Shown: positions 1 through 12,707, counted from the stretch's first letter. The stretch: DNA of 60,000 nucleotides from Vicugna vicugna (GCA_013265495.1 MU057781.1:932001-992000); one strand, 5' to 3'. Program-made: numbers and translations. The notes: generated by a model from the letters alone, not told the origin.

Positions 1-288
1 ACACGGGACAGGTGATGCGTGTTTGCTTTTGCAGTTTTGTGGTCATCCCTTGTCTCTTCCTCCCCGTCCAGCGCGACTCCCTGAAGCTCTGGATGTGAAC
101 TGTGACCACGGTTTGGCCCTGACATCCTGCGACCCAGAGGGCGTCTTATCTGGCAGGCTGCTGTGTTCTTGTCAGCACACCTGGCTCCGTCGGGTCCCAG
201 GGTGGCGTGGCTGCTCTAGTCCCCACAGAGGCCCATCAGGTGCTCCTCCCCCTGTGATGTCACACACAAAGGTGAAGAAGACTTGTTT

Positions 289-415
289 ACACTGGTCCTC
301 AAACTTCTACCCTTGCGTTCTTAGGAGTCATGGAGGACCCCGAAGAGTTCTCGGCCATGTAGCTCGTGACACCAGTATTTACCGTGCCAGGTGCAGGGGC
401 TGAGAAAGTGGCAGC
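289..415. mobile_element. hAT-Charlie (Charlie1-like) DNA transposon fragment
   Basis: cactggtcctcaaactt...gaggaccccgaagag...gtatttaccgtg...ctgagaaa resembles the recalled Charlie1 terminus (cagtggttctcaaactt...gaggaccccaaagagc...gatatttaccgta...ctgagaaa), with many A/T to G/C changes. Confidence 0.5.
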
Positions 416-1409
416 AGCTGTTAGAGGATGACGTCATCACACGTCACACAGGGCTCCCGCCCGGACGGAGAGGGTGGAAGGTGACCCATTGTGCACACTG
501 TCAAGGGCGTAGCTGTGTGGCCTGTCCAACCCCGACCAGGGCTCTGGACCCTCACCCGCAGGACCCCTGTCCTAGCTGGGGGCCCTCCTGAACCTGCGGG
601 GAGGAGCGTCTCCCTGGCAGGGCCTCGGTGTGACTGGGGCTGCCTGTGCTGTCTCCAGATTGGCCTTGGAGGGCCCCGGGCTGTTCTGTGGTGCCCACGC
701 GGGGCCCAGCTGTTGCCACCCATTTGCCCGCAAGGAGTGGCTGGGCGGGCAGCTCACTGTTCTGCTTGAGACGGCTGGATTTTCCATGAGTGAGGTTTCT
801 AGCTTTTGGTTCTTTGTGTGTTGTTTTCTTTTCTTTTCTTTTCTTTTTTGCTAGAAGTGAACTGAGAAGGTGCATTCTTGCAGGCTGTGGTTTCAAAACT
901 CGGTCCCACCCTTACATGGTAAGGCTGTTTCTTGGGAAGGAGACTTAGCCAAGCGGTAGGATTCTGAGAGCACAGCTCGCTCTTGGGTGTCTGCCTGGAG
1001 GGCCCTGTCCTGTTGCTTATTCGGAGCTGCATGTCAATTTTGAGCTGGTTTCCCTTTTTCTCCACCCTACCTGGGGATTGCAGAGCGCTGTGCGGTGGCC
1101 CCCAAGCCCCTCCCCTGGGCTGGGCGGGGTGGCTGGGGCCTCGGCGCCCTCAGTTGTGCCCTGGTGGCCTGGTTCCCATCCCACCTGGGAAGCTCCCTGA
1201 CCCTGTGTCCCCTCCAGCTACCACAGGGTGTCCTCTGTCTCCTCCACCTCAAAGCTGCGTGCGGGGCCGTCCCTTCCTCTCCTCCCCACCCCCACCCACT
1301 CCAGCTCAGGGCGAGGTGAGGTCCGCTGGGACCTCGTGCTGGGCCGTCCATCCATCCCAGTCCTGTTCACTTGCTCTGACAGCGTGGATTCCTCTGCTTC
1401 TTCCAGGAA

Positions 1410-1975
1410 TGTTGTTTGATGATGGCGTCACGTGAAGTGTACGATCTGCTGGCCTTTAGTGTGTTCACAGAGCTGTTCAGCTATCTCCACGGTCAGTTTT
1501 AGCACTTTTTTTTGTACCTGAAAAAGAATAACTCCGTGGCCTTAGCAGCCACCCCACCCTGGCCAGTTCCCTCTACCTCCCCTGGACCCAGCCCCTGGTC
1601 ATCACCAGTCCACTTCCTGTCTCTGTGTGTTTACCTTTTCTGCATGTTTCACGTGAATGGAGTCATGCACGTGGCCTTGTGCATCGTGCCTTCAGAGCCC
1701 AGCGTGTGTCAGCGCCCGACTCCGGTCGGCGTGGCGCGGTCCCGCTGTGCGGCTGGGCTGTGCCTTGCTCCCCCCTCACCAGCTGGCGGCCGCTTGGCAG
1801 CCTGCACCTTTGGGCTGTGGTGGACACTCACTCCCGAGACTCCTGCTGGGCACGTTCCCTGGGTGAAGACTTCTGGGTTTTGGTGACTCGCGTTTAACCT
1901 TTTGAGGAACTGCCAGCCGCTTCCCCATTCTGCATTTCCACCAGCAGGGCGGGAGGACTGATTTCTCCACATCCT
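1410..1975 (-). mobile_element. Old L1M (L1MB-like) 3' end fragment
   Basis: Antisense L1 3'UTR motifs: tttagtgtgttcacagagctg, cttcctgtctctgtgtgtttacc, catgtttcacgtgaatggagtcat, tttaaccttttgaggaactgccag, ccattctgcatttcccaccagca. Confidence 0.75.
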
Positions 1976-4900
1976 TTCTCGCTCGGTCTTCTCTGTCTTT
2001 CTGCAAAGACGTGCGTTTGGCTCTCACCTCCTCCCGTCATGGCCGCCCATCTCCAGCCACACTGGCTTTCTGGGTAGTTTCTGCAGACTCAGGTGTTTTA
2101 ACTAGCATCTCTCTGCGGATGCCCAGCAGGCAGGACGGAGAGAGACCCAGACCCAGAGCCCAGCCAGCAGCACCATGGGGACCGGCCCTCTAACTCTGCC
2201 ATCACTCGGGAAACTCGTGCATAAGGCCAGGCCATGAAGCAGCGACCAGTTTCTGTCAAAGACATTGGGGCTTCCAAATTTCAGAGGCGTAGGTGTCTCT
2301 ACTGTTCAGACAGCCCCCCAAACCCCCAAGCCGGCTCTGGGCACTGGGGCAGGGGTGGGGCTGACCGGCTGGGCCTCTTCCCAGGCTCCCTCCAGGCACT
2401 CCTGGCCCCTCGTCCCACCGGGATGGCCCACGGCGGAGCTGTCTCTGCATTCTTCTGGCATTACTGCCTCTAAGCTGCAATCTCAGTGGACTTTGTGGGA
2501 ATTTGGTCTGTTTGCCTGAGTCTGGGACTCTGTAGATGTCCTCTCTGATGGGGGAGTTACAGAACTGGGACCAGGCCTGTCCCTAGGGCAGTAGGGCCCA
2601 AGGAGACAGGGTCTCAGCCTGGTAACCTGAAGAAGCCGCTAGGAGGCCGCACCTGCACCCTGTCCATGTCCTGCAGCCTGACAAGCTCTGTGCGGTTGGA
2701 ATTTGAAACCAGTTTGCAGGCGGTTCTTGCCCCTGGTCCCCTGCCGACGTCCTAGGTCTCGGGCAGCCGTTCTCCCTGTCCTGGGCGGGCTGCCGAGGGC
2801 ATACTTCCATCTGCAGCGTCTCCTCCTTTTATCGGCTCTGGAGGTGCTGAGGGAGGGGTAGGGTTACTGGTGGGGGAGGCACTTCTTAGATTTAAAGTCT
2901 CAAATATCTTGCCTGTTTGGAATCCGGTGATGTGCACACTGCCGGGAGGCCTGCTGGACAGCCCTGGAGGATGCTGACACGAGCCGTTTACGACGCTGCC
3001 TGGGGGCAGGGCGGGACTCGCTAAGGGACTGGGGCGTGATGGCTCCTTAAATGTTGACTGCCTCCGGGTCTGTCCTGGGGGTGGGCGGCGGCATCTCCTG
3101 TTGGGAGGAATGGGGTCCAGGAGTCTAGTCAGGAAGGCAGCGGAGGATCTCAGTGGCGTCACGGTCGCCTGTCTGTTGCCATGTTTGTGGACACTCCCTG
3201 CTCTCCCCGTGTTTCTGTGTGGGCCCTTCCCACTTAAGCTAGCTTAGGGGGAGTGACCGTAGGGCCCAGGGAGGGGGGCCTCAGAGAGAATGTGGCAGGT
3301 TCCCCAGATGAGCACAGGTGACTCCCGAGGTCTCCCTTCTGTTGCTGCTGTGGTTACTTGGGGCACGTGGGACTCTGTCTGAGCCTGAGAGGTGCCAGCG
3401 TGAGCTCCTCTGTAGGGCTGGTGCTGGGCCAGGCCCCTCCCAGCGTGGCCCTGAGCTCGTGGGGGAGCTTGGATGCTCACACACGCCGTCCTGGCGAAGA
3501 CACTGCAGAGAGAGCTGTTGGGTGTAATTTTAGTGATGTGCGAGGGCGGAGCAGCACCAGGGCCGCTGGCTGCGGTGAGGTGATGAGAGCAGTTACCGCG
3601 CAGTGGCATCACGCGATGAGTTACGTGACTCTGGAGTCGGCAAGGTTGGGGTCGCCTGCACGTCCCCGAGCCTGTGGGGCCCCCATCCCTTGTTGGTCTG
3701 GGGAAGCACCTTGGACCTCCCGCCATCCTCCAGGCCCTTCTTTATTCCTGGTCCCTGCATCTGCCTGGCTCTGGTGATGAGAGTTTAGAGGGCACTGGCA
3801 GTTTTCTAAAACTTAGAATTTGAGTTTACAAGGTTCGTTTCGGGAGACAGAAGTGGTCCCGGGACAGGGCGTCCCCTCGGATCTGCTGCGTGGGTGGCGG
3901 CGGGGGCCTGGCTGCTCAGTTGTGGGGAGCGGCGAGCAGGAGGAGTGGGGCTGAGGGTGGCTCTGGGGAGGTGTGGGGTGGCCGGCCTCCCTGCACCGGT
4001 GACGTGAGACCCCGCGGGAGCTGTTTGGGCCGCGCGGGAATGTGACGATCTGGAGCGGGTCAGGGAGGACCGGCTGCGCCCACAGCTGGTCTTGATGCCC
4101 GCACACAGGAGGGGGTTTCCTGGGCTGACGACAGGCTCAAGGAAGTTTGGTTCTCCCTTGAGTGAACGAAAAGTCAGCTCCATCCTCAGGAGAACGGCTG
4201 TGGGGTCACAGTGGGTCACCGTGACCTTTGGCCCTTGACTTCTCAGTCCTTCACTCTGACCAAAGGGAGTCAGTGGGGCTGCCCTCCCTCCCTGTCTGAG
4301 CAGAGGGGCCTGAGGTCTGACCTCAATTGAACTACCTGGGAGGACTCTTCTTGGGGGTCTCTGGGCACTGCAGAGCCACGCAGAATCTCCACCCCGTGTC
4401 TGCACCCTTCATGTCCGCAAGGCCTTCCTGGCTCATCTGGCCCGTGAGTACCGGAGTTTGTGTCTGGGACTGTGTGCTGGACATCAGGGGCCCGTCTCCC
4501 CCTTGGCAGAGTCCAGCTGTTGTCCTGGTTTGAGGACAGCCCTCCTTCTCTGCCCCACCTCTCAGGGCTGCTGAATGACTAGCAGTTATTTTAGGAACCA
4601 AAAGAGATTTGAAAGAAGAAGGTGCAGCTTGAGTCGGGGTCTCTGTGGGGGGAATTCCACCTTTGGTGCCCAGTGCAGGGCCATGCAGAAGGGTTGCCAC
4701 GGCTGCCATCAGCTCTGCCGTCCATCATGACAGGGCCCTTTGGTGCATCAGGGAGGGAGGGGTGACAGTGGCACAGTGGCTGTGGCAGGTGAGGGAGGGA
4801 GTGGATGCCCTGGCAGGTATGAGGCTCTGGCGCTGGCTGGTGCCCCCGGCACCTGACTCCTGAGTTGCGGGGCCTCTGTCCTCTCCTTCCCTGGGAGGCC

Positions 4901-6736
4901 TCCGTGGACAGCAGCCTCGTCCTCACCTGTGTCCCTGCCTGAGCAGCACCCAGGCTGCCCGGCGGGTCCGTCCCTGAGAGCGGACTCATGTTTGTGGCCG
5001 ATGGGACAGCCTTGCTGGGCTGCCCGTCACTGCCTGGGAGGAGCCTCCCACTCCTGCCGCTCCCCTGCCTGGGGTCGGGGACCTGTGGCCCCTGCCCCGC
5101 CCCGTTGTGCGCCTGAGGCTGCACTGGTCCTCCTGTGCCCGGAGGGGACGTGCTTTCCTGTCTCTGTGCTTTGGCCTAAGCCGCTCTTCCCGAGGAGTCC
5201 CCTCGGCCGCCGGTGGCGGGATGTCCTCTCCCCCCGGGCACAGCTCAGTGTCCCCGGCTCCATGCTGCTTTCTCCATCCCTCCTTCTCTCCCCACCTCAG
5301 CTAATCACACGTTTTGTGCTTTTGTTCTGTGTGGTTGCGCTCAGGTGTGCTGGCCTCTGACTGGCAGGGCGGGAGTGGGATTCTAGGTTCTGCCCGACTG
5401 GGCGGGGCTGAGGGGCCGTGGCTGTTGGGAACCAGGGGAGCTGCAAGCCTTCTGGGTTCTGGGACTCTGACCGTGTCCAGGGCCACCAACGCTCCGTCAG
5501 AGCAGGGGTGGGGACTGAGTTGGGATAAGTTTGTGCCCTGCTGACCTGGCACCCCCGGACACCTGGGGACAAGCGTCAGGGCAGCTCTCGGGGCCGAGGG
5601 GTTGGTGGGGAGGTCTGCAGGTGCTGGGGCTTAGCCTGTCTCTTCCTCTGCACTTGTGACAGTTTGGTGGAGGCACACAGTTCACCTGGTGTGAGTGTAC
5701 AGGGCAGCGGAAAACATTTGCCGTCGCGCAGTCACCACCACGCCTCGGTTTTACGCATGGCCTCCCCAGCCTTTGGCAGAGCTCAGCCCCAGCCCCTGGG
5801 CCTACTTTGTGGCTCCAGTTCTGCCCTCCCCACAGTCTCACGTCTCAGCGTCAGCCTGTGGTCCTTGTGTCCCTTCTCGCGCTGGACGCTGTTCCATTAG
5901 GTGGCCATGGGGTGGTTCCTGGCTGGGCCTCTGTGGAACGGTGGCGTGCAGTCTCTGGGTGGATGTGGTGCTTGCGTCTCAGGGGTGCGGGGGCTGGCCG
6001 TGTGGCCGGGGAAGGTTTATGCTTTCCAGGCGCTGCCCGCCCGCTCTCTGGAGCAGCGGCTCCATCCCGCACGCCCCGGCCGTGTGCTCCAGCACAACGC
6101 CCTGCCGGCCGGCACGTGCTGCTGCCCCTTGGATTGTGGGTGTGCGGCTGGGTCTCCTTGTGGTTGCCGTTTGCATCCCACCCAACAGTAGGCATCCCAC
6201 CAAGTAGGCGCCACATCGACAGTGGTTTTTGGCAAACTGTTGACTGTGTGGTTGGGGTGGTCGCACTTCTCAGTCTCTCTGTGAGTGGGGCAGAGGGTGC
6301 CGGAGCCCCCACGAGAGGCCTTCTCTACTTAGACAAGAGGTGGCTGTGATGGGGGCACACCTCTGAGCACAGTTACGCCGGCAAGGGGGCCGCCTCAGCT
6401 CTGCCTGTGGCCTGGGGTGGGCGGTGGGCTGCCTCATCTCCACCGGGTTGGCAGGGTGGCCAGCTCACGCGCCCTGGGGTGTGCCGGTCAGTCTGCGCTG
6501 TTATCCATCTGTATGAGGTGGGCAGGAGCGGGGAAGGCTCCCTGAAGGACTGTCCGCCTCTCCTCCCGCTGGCCTGGACGTGGACACTGCCACGGGTTAG
6601 GGGCATAGAGCTCCTCTCCCAGGGGGGTTCTTTTCTCCCAGTCTCTGAGGTGTGATGGTCCCTCTGGGGGACTGTCCTCTGCTCCCGCCCCTTTGCCTCT
6701 CTCCCTGGGGTCCGCGCAGCTGTCACGCCCGGCGCT

Positions 6737-6768
6737 GTCTTGGACCGTCGCCGTCTTGGACCGTCGCC
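6737..6768. repeat. Perfect 16-bp tandem duplication (gtcttggaccgtcgcc)x2
   Basis: Read directly from the sequence. Confidence 0.95.
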
Positions 6769-9470
6769 AGCAGGTCTGCCAGGGCCTTGCCTGCCGGGCT
6801 GCTCCACGGTGCACCCACCTGGGCTGCAGACGCCTCCCAGGCGGGGGTTCTGGGAGTGGGCAGCTCTGGCCCTGAAGCTGTGGGGAGCCGGCCTGCAGGA
6901 CAGGAGGTCAGCCCTGTGGGGCTGGCAGGTGTGTCGCCTTCCTGATGGGCACGTGGCCGTCCTGGTCTGGGTTCGAGGTCTGGAGAGCACAGTGCCTCCG
7001 CAGGTGTCAGACGTGGTATTTCCAGACACTTCATGCTGGAGGAACATGAAGGAGAGCCGACTCAGGGCCCATTTTTCTGTTTAGGGAAAACGTTTTGCCT
7101 CTTGTGACCATGGAGGTGACAAGTCTTCAGGCTCCTAGAGGCCTGCCCCTGGCCTGGCCAGGCCTCCTGCCGCCTGTGTCAGACTCGGCATGGCGTTGTG
7201 GGGCCGATGGTGCCAGACCTGGTGGCCATCTCTTCCTAGTTGGCTTTTGGGTGCACGAGCCTCCCTGCTCGGGCCTGGCTGTCCTTGGGTTGGGGTGGGC
7301 CGTGCGCTCAGAGCCCTGTGGCCACCTGGCAGAGGCTGCACTGGGGGGCTGGTGGCCTCGTTGGCTACGCCGCTTATCAGTCTTAGGGTCCTGAGGACGA
7401 GTTGGGACAGCTGCCCCCACCCCAGCACGAGCCCAGCTCCGAGCAGCCTGTGTTGCCTACACAGGGTTTTGGGCAGCTGTTAGTGGACACTGCCAGCTCC
7501 GTAAGATGGTGGGTGGGGAGTTGGGGTGGGAGGAGCTCTGGCTACACGGGAGCCCATGTTGGGGAACCAGAGACCTGGGTCGAGTGTCAGTGCTTTTAAA
7601 ACCCTCGGGAGGCCTCCCTCTGCAGAGTCCTTGGCAGCCGTTTCACTGAGAGGCAGCCCCGAAGGGTTAGGGAGGGACGGACTCACCTGTCGTTTGCGCA
7701 GAGGCGCCCCCGGCTGCTCTGAGGCCCTCTGCCTGCTCTGTGTCCCAGGGCTTGACTGGGGCGCTGGCGGCGCTGGCTCTTACCCGCAGCCCGGGGCAGA
7801 GCTCGCTTTGTGTTCGCTGAGTTGTAGTTCAGGGTGATCTGTTCAGTTGGATTTGTTCTGTTAAGAGTGACATCTGTCCAAGTAACAAACAAATTTGTGG
7901 GGACGTGTGTTTTGCTTTTATTTTCTCCTTCATCACTGTTACGGTTTTTCAGATCTGTTGCAACTTCCTGTTTTTGCTGTAGTGCGGGCATCCCCCTTGG
8001 GGCGGCATCCCACCGGGCGTGCTGTGCGCGCAGCCCCGGGGGAGGCGGTGGGCTGGGCTGCGCGTGTGGGAGGAGGGCCATGGTCATTAGTGCTGCTGAC
8101 GGAAGGTGGGTGAGTGGGGGTCACTGACACGCAGGAGACACGAGCACTGATGCCAGTGGCCGATTCGGGGACTGTCTCACCTGCATTGCTGCACCCCCCG
8201 CCCCAGGACTCCATCCTTACCTGTGTAGCTCGGGGACACTGGGTGCTGGTAGAGGGGAGCTGGGGCAGGAGGGCTGGCTGCACACGGGCCAGCTTGGTGG
8301 GCCCCCCGTTCCTGGCTTCCAGGTTTCAGGTTGTTCTGCTGTGTGGCCCGGGTTCTACCTTGGTGGGGCTTGCAGGTGCCTGGGTGACGCGGGGACCAGG
8401 AGGCTTACTTTTAAGGACTGTTAACAGCGCAGTCCCAGTGGCCTTGGGCTCTCCCTGGGTGGCCTCTTTGGAGATGGGCCCTCTTCCCCTTGGAAGCCTT
8501 CGCAGGCAGCACCCCAGGGCCTCACTGTGCCGGCACTCCTGCCCGCATGCCGCCAGGCCCAGCTCAGTGGGCCTTCTCTGCCCTGGGCACCTGGCCGAGT
8601 GCTGAGAGCAGCCTCCCTGCAGCCCCTGTGTGCTGCTCCCCGGCCCCTACATTTCCCGCATCTCCGCATCAGTCCTCGACTAAGGCAGGAGGGTCTGCGG
8701 GCAGCGGGCCTTGAGTGTGCAGCTTAGGGAGCTGGCCAGGCTGGAGAAGTCTCTGACGGAAAGGGAAGACAAGGCCTGGAGAGCAGGTGAGGTCATGGGG
8801 CAGAGAAGCGAGTGTCCTCAGATTGAGGCTCAGAGAGGTGAGGACGACAAGGGGGCCCTGGGAGCGGTGTTTTGGGAGTCTGGGGAGGAGCGTTTCAAGA
8901 AGGGCATGGGGTTGGGGGGTTACGAGTCGCAGGGCTGGGGCATCCCCAGGAGCCAGCAGGCCAGAGCTGCAGTGCGACTGGACGTAGCCTGAGGGGCCCA
9001 TGTGTCATCAGGGCGTCACCCCTCTGAGGCACCCAGAGCTGCCCTGGCTGCTGAGCATAAGCAGGAGGTGAACATGGATCTGAGTGGTGACTTGAGAGTG
9101 TCTTAGGACGCCCAGAGATGCCCTGAGCAGAGACCACGGAGGGCCTCCTGGGGTGAGCGGCAGGGGACAAGCCTTGAAGTCTTCGGAGCCTGGGAGGCGA
9201 CCAGAGGACTAAGGAAGGGGTGCCCACTAGTGCCACTGTCGGGCAGAAGCACAGTGGCAGGAAATGGGGAGCCAGGTTGCTTGGGAAGCCACGTGGCCGG
9301 CGTGGGTGGTGAGTGGTGTGGCTGGCGTGGCCTGGCTGGCCGGCGTGGGCGGGGAGCTGCGGAAGCCAGGTGCTGCAGGCCCGGAGGCTGTGTGCATCTG
9401 ACCTTGCTGGAGCCCTGTTCCTCGAGGGCTCCGGGGAGCGCTGCTAAGGAGCCTGCTTCTGCAGCCAGGG

Positions 9471-9512
9471 GGAGGTGCGCAGAGGCGGGAGGTGCGCAGA
9501 GGCAGGAGGTGC
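9471..9512. repeat. 17-bp tandem repeat (ggaggtgcgcagaggcR), about 2.5 copies
   Basis: Read directly from the sequence. Confidence 0.9.
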
Positions 9513-10499
9513 TTCTGCTTGGTCTCCCCGGGCTCGGGCCTTGCCTGTGGGCAGGCAGCCCCTCCTCCAGGCACACGGGCCGGTGGAGCTGCCTGTGGCC
9601 TGCCTGTAGTTAACTACTGATAAGTGAGTCAGTCCGGAAGGGGAAGAAGAGGGAACTGAGGGCCAGGCCCAGCCTGGAGGGTGAGGAGCTCTAAGCCACT
9701 CGGGGAAATGCGGCTGGAGCTATGGGGCCCTTGCAGGGGTGGCCCTTGAGAGGGGTCCATCGTGGGGCGGCTCCGGAGGACCGGGCTGACAACCTGGAAG
9801 CACCCACCTGTGTGCTGCTCAGCTCTGTTTTCCCATTAGAATGGTTTCAGGCCGTGGGGTGGTGTCAGCGCGTTGTGGCAGCTGTTGCCCTGTGAATCTG
9901 TACTGCGGACGATGAACAAAGTTCTAACATCTTGTAAGAGAACAGCACCCCTTACCTACCAGGGGGAGCCGCCTTGGGGTCTGCGTGAGCCCTGGCGTTC
10001 GGTGCGGCTGCCCAAACTGGGCACACGTGCTCGGTCTCTTCCCTCTGGAACGGGGAGACGCGCTCTGTGCCCAGACCCCTGTCCCAGCGTCCCTGCGTCG
10101 GGAGCGCAGAGCTGGGCGGAGGCGCCCCAGGCCGGCCTGGCCTCGTCGCGGCAGGCGGACCGAGCCCTGTGCTGCAGTCACTGAGCACGCGGGTCCCCTC
10201 GAGGAGCAGCCCCGCCACTCCTGTCTTGCGTGGCCTGCGTCTCCGGGCTTGCTGGCGTTTTCGCTGCTGTGGGAGTCACTACCCCAAACATGCCAGAGTG
10301 TCTTCGCGGGACACCCGTGGACAGTGAGCGCCCCACCCACCCCTTGCTGCCACTGCGCGGAGCCGGGGCCTCTCTGCTCACCTTCCAGGCTCCTGCGCGG
10401 GACCCCTGGTGCCTGGCACGGGCCCAGCTCCCCGGGGCTGGTCTAAGCCGTGGTCCCGCATGCCTGGCACATCCCCCACCCACATCCTCGCACATCACA

Positions 10500-11000
10500 C
10501 GCATGCACTTACGGTCACTCCTGCCAGTGGGGGGACCTGATGTTACACATCTCACTGAAGTTTACTTTTGTCAGACTTTGAAATGTGGCCAGATGGGTGT
10601 GACGTGGCATGTGTTGTGAGTTACGATTCCCTGGTTACTTGTAGTACCGTCTTTGAGGCGTTGCCTGGGTTTTCTAGGATCTCTGGTTTAGAATTGTGTA
10701 GCCCCTGGCGATGTTGTGTTTAAGTTACTGGAAGAGGTATTTTGATAGGGTGATTGCAGGGTTTGTGGCGTAGCGACTCCTTTTCGGTCCCTGACACTGC
10801 GCTACTTGGGGTCATTTATCCCCTCAGGGCTGCATTTACACAGAAGCCCAGAGAGGTCTGTTTACACAGAACCCTTGCCGGGATTTTCTTGTATCTCATG
10901 TGTTCACCAAATTTTGCAACTTTCTTGTGTGTTTTCTCCCATGCACCGTGACCAGAGATTGATCAGTCTTCCACCCAAAAGCGCGTGGCCGTCCCGATGT
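10500..11000 (-). mobile_element. Ancient L1ME-like fragment
   Basis: gccagatgggtgtgacgtggcatgtgttgtg...ttccctggttact resembles the antisense L1 ORF2 C-terminal region; the segment is T-rich. Confidence 0.45.
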
Positions 11001-11589
11001 CCCTCCTTTCTGGATCCAGGGGCATCGCTTTTGTGTCTCCGCTGTGGCTGCCCCCACGCCCAGAGCAGAGGCCTGGGCGGCTGTGCCTCGCCGGCTGACT
11101 TGCCTCCCTCTGAGTGGATGTGACTGGAGCAGGGAGGGCCACCCCAGGGCCCGCAGACCGGCTGTCGGTCAGCTGTGATGGGCTGTGGTGGGTCATGAGG
11201 TCAGACCACATTTCAGTTAAAAGCTGAGCGAGAGCGAGTCTGGCCGGTGGCGGCTGCGGGCCCCTGGTTTGTGACGTGCATGGCGGTGTGTGGGTCACAG
11301 CCTCAGGTGGGCTTTCCACTCTGGGTCTCTGGCAGAGGTGTGGGGGCTGCTGCTCCTCCCCTCCTAGTCGCCCTCGGCTGGCTTGTGTGCGCGGGAAGGC
11401 AGAGGTGCCTGGGGCGAGCCGTCGGCAGGGGCCTGTGTCCCCTCCTGCTTTGGAGGGCTGTGGTCCCCGCTTCCCCTGCACCTGGCGCGCCTCAGTCCCC
11501 GTTACTGCTGAGAGTAAGCAGGCCCTCACCCGCGGTGGGTCCCAGAGCGAGTGCCAATGGAGACTGCAGTTTATGGAAAAAGCAGCCTG

Positions 11590-11830
11590 GTTCCAGACGG
11601 TGAGTTTCTGCGGGGCGGGCCGGGAACTCGGAGGCTGCGCGTGTGCACGCCGCGCCGGCTGGCCCACCCTGCTGCAGGGAGCGGAGCACCGATTTGGCGG
11701 CCTCCCGCCCAGACCCCCGGCGCACCGCGGCCCTCGCGTTGGTGTCTCTGCCTCCGCAGGTAGACGTCCCTGTCAGCTGCGCTGCCCTGGAGACCTGAGT
11801 CCCCGGTGGGCGGCGTTTGGAGGGTGAGGA
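11590..11830. promoter_or_regulatory. Small CpG-rich patch with GC-box, immediately after a strong splice donor
   Basis: Dense CpG (gcggggcgggccggg, ctgcgcgtgtgcacgccgcgccggc). Donor-like ACG|GTGAGT at 11599/11600. Confidence 0.4.
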
Positions 11831-12627
11831 GCGCCATGGGGGTGGGCCGCACGAGGTCCTTCCCGTGGCGTCTCCAGCGGGGCACGGACAGGGCGCCTGC
11901 AGCTCCAGCGTCCAAATGTTCTCTGTGCTCTGCTAGAGCCGAGAGCAGAGTCACAGGTGGGTGCAGCGCGAACGGGGCACTGTCACTCGCTTCGTCGCAG
12001 TCCGCATGGCCTGGACTCATGCTTCTGGACAGTTTGGAGGCAGGGTGGGGCCAGGTGGAGCTTCCTGGCAGCTCGGTGCCCCTGCTGGTGCCCCTGCTGG
12101 GCCGACCTGGGCTCCTGCTGGGGCCCTGGGCCTGAGCTCTGCTTGCACCTGCCCCAATTCCAGGGGACGCCAGAGCTTGAGGACACATGGGAACCAGCCC
12201 TCCCAATATCCCCAAAGTGAGGCTTCTCTTGCGACACCCGCCAGCTTTGAGCACAGCCTCCTCCAGGAGCCTCCCAGCCCTGAGAGGTCATGCCTGGGCA
12301 CCACCACAAGCCCCCTCCTCCTCGGGCCCCTGAGCTGGCCGCTCTCCCTCTCTCTGTCCATAATTATGACCCGATGAGGTGCTGCCCAGGCAGAGCTCAG
12401 CCTGCTTCAGAGGAAATCTCTCACCGCGTGTGGGAGGTGTGTCTGGCCTTTGTACTGGGTCCCATCTGGCCTGGGCCCCGCTGACCGCAGCACTCAGTGC
12501 CCAAGAGTCAGTCATTCCACTTAGAAGTCGGTATTGGCTGCATTGGTGGTGGTTATTATTATTCAAAAGTTGATACTGTAAGATTCACTCTGTGTGTGTG
12601 CACAGCTCAGTGTTTTGGTACATTCAT

Positions 12628-12707
12628 GGTGGGAGGGTGTAGTCAAGTGGCAGGATGTGTGCTTAGCATGTACGGTGTCCTAGGTTCAAGCCCCATTAAA
12701 AAAAAAA
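12628..12707 (+). mobile_element. tRNA-Ala-derived SINE (camelid Vic-1-like, short form)
   Basis: gggagggtgtagtcaagtgg (A box), gcttagcatg (AGC anticodon arm), ggttcaagccc (B box), then an A tail. Imperfect flanking repeat ggtacattca/ggatattca interrupts the host L1. Confidence 0.8.

Noticed and set aside
8700..9230. Purine-rich stretch possibly derived from L2
   Set aside because: Too diverged to support without an alignment.
6737..9512. Short direct repeats as a CRISPR-like array
   Set aside because: Isolated tandem duplications without spacers, in a mammalian context with no cas genes.
12628..12700. Functional tRNA-Ala gene
   Set aside because: Degenerate stems, an A tail and insertion into an L1 indicate a SINE or retrocopy.
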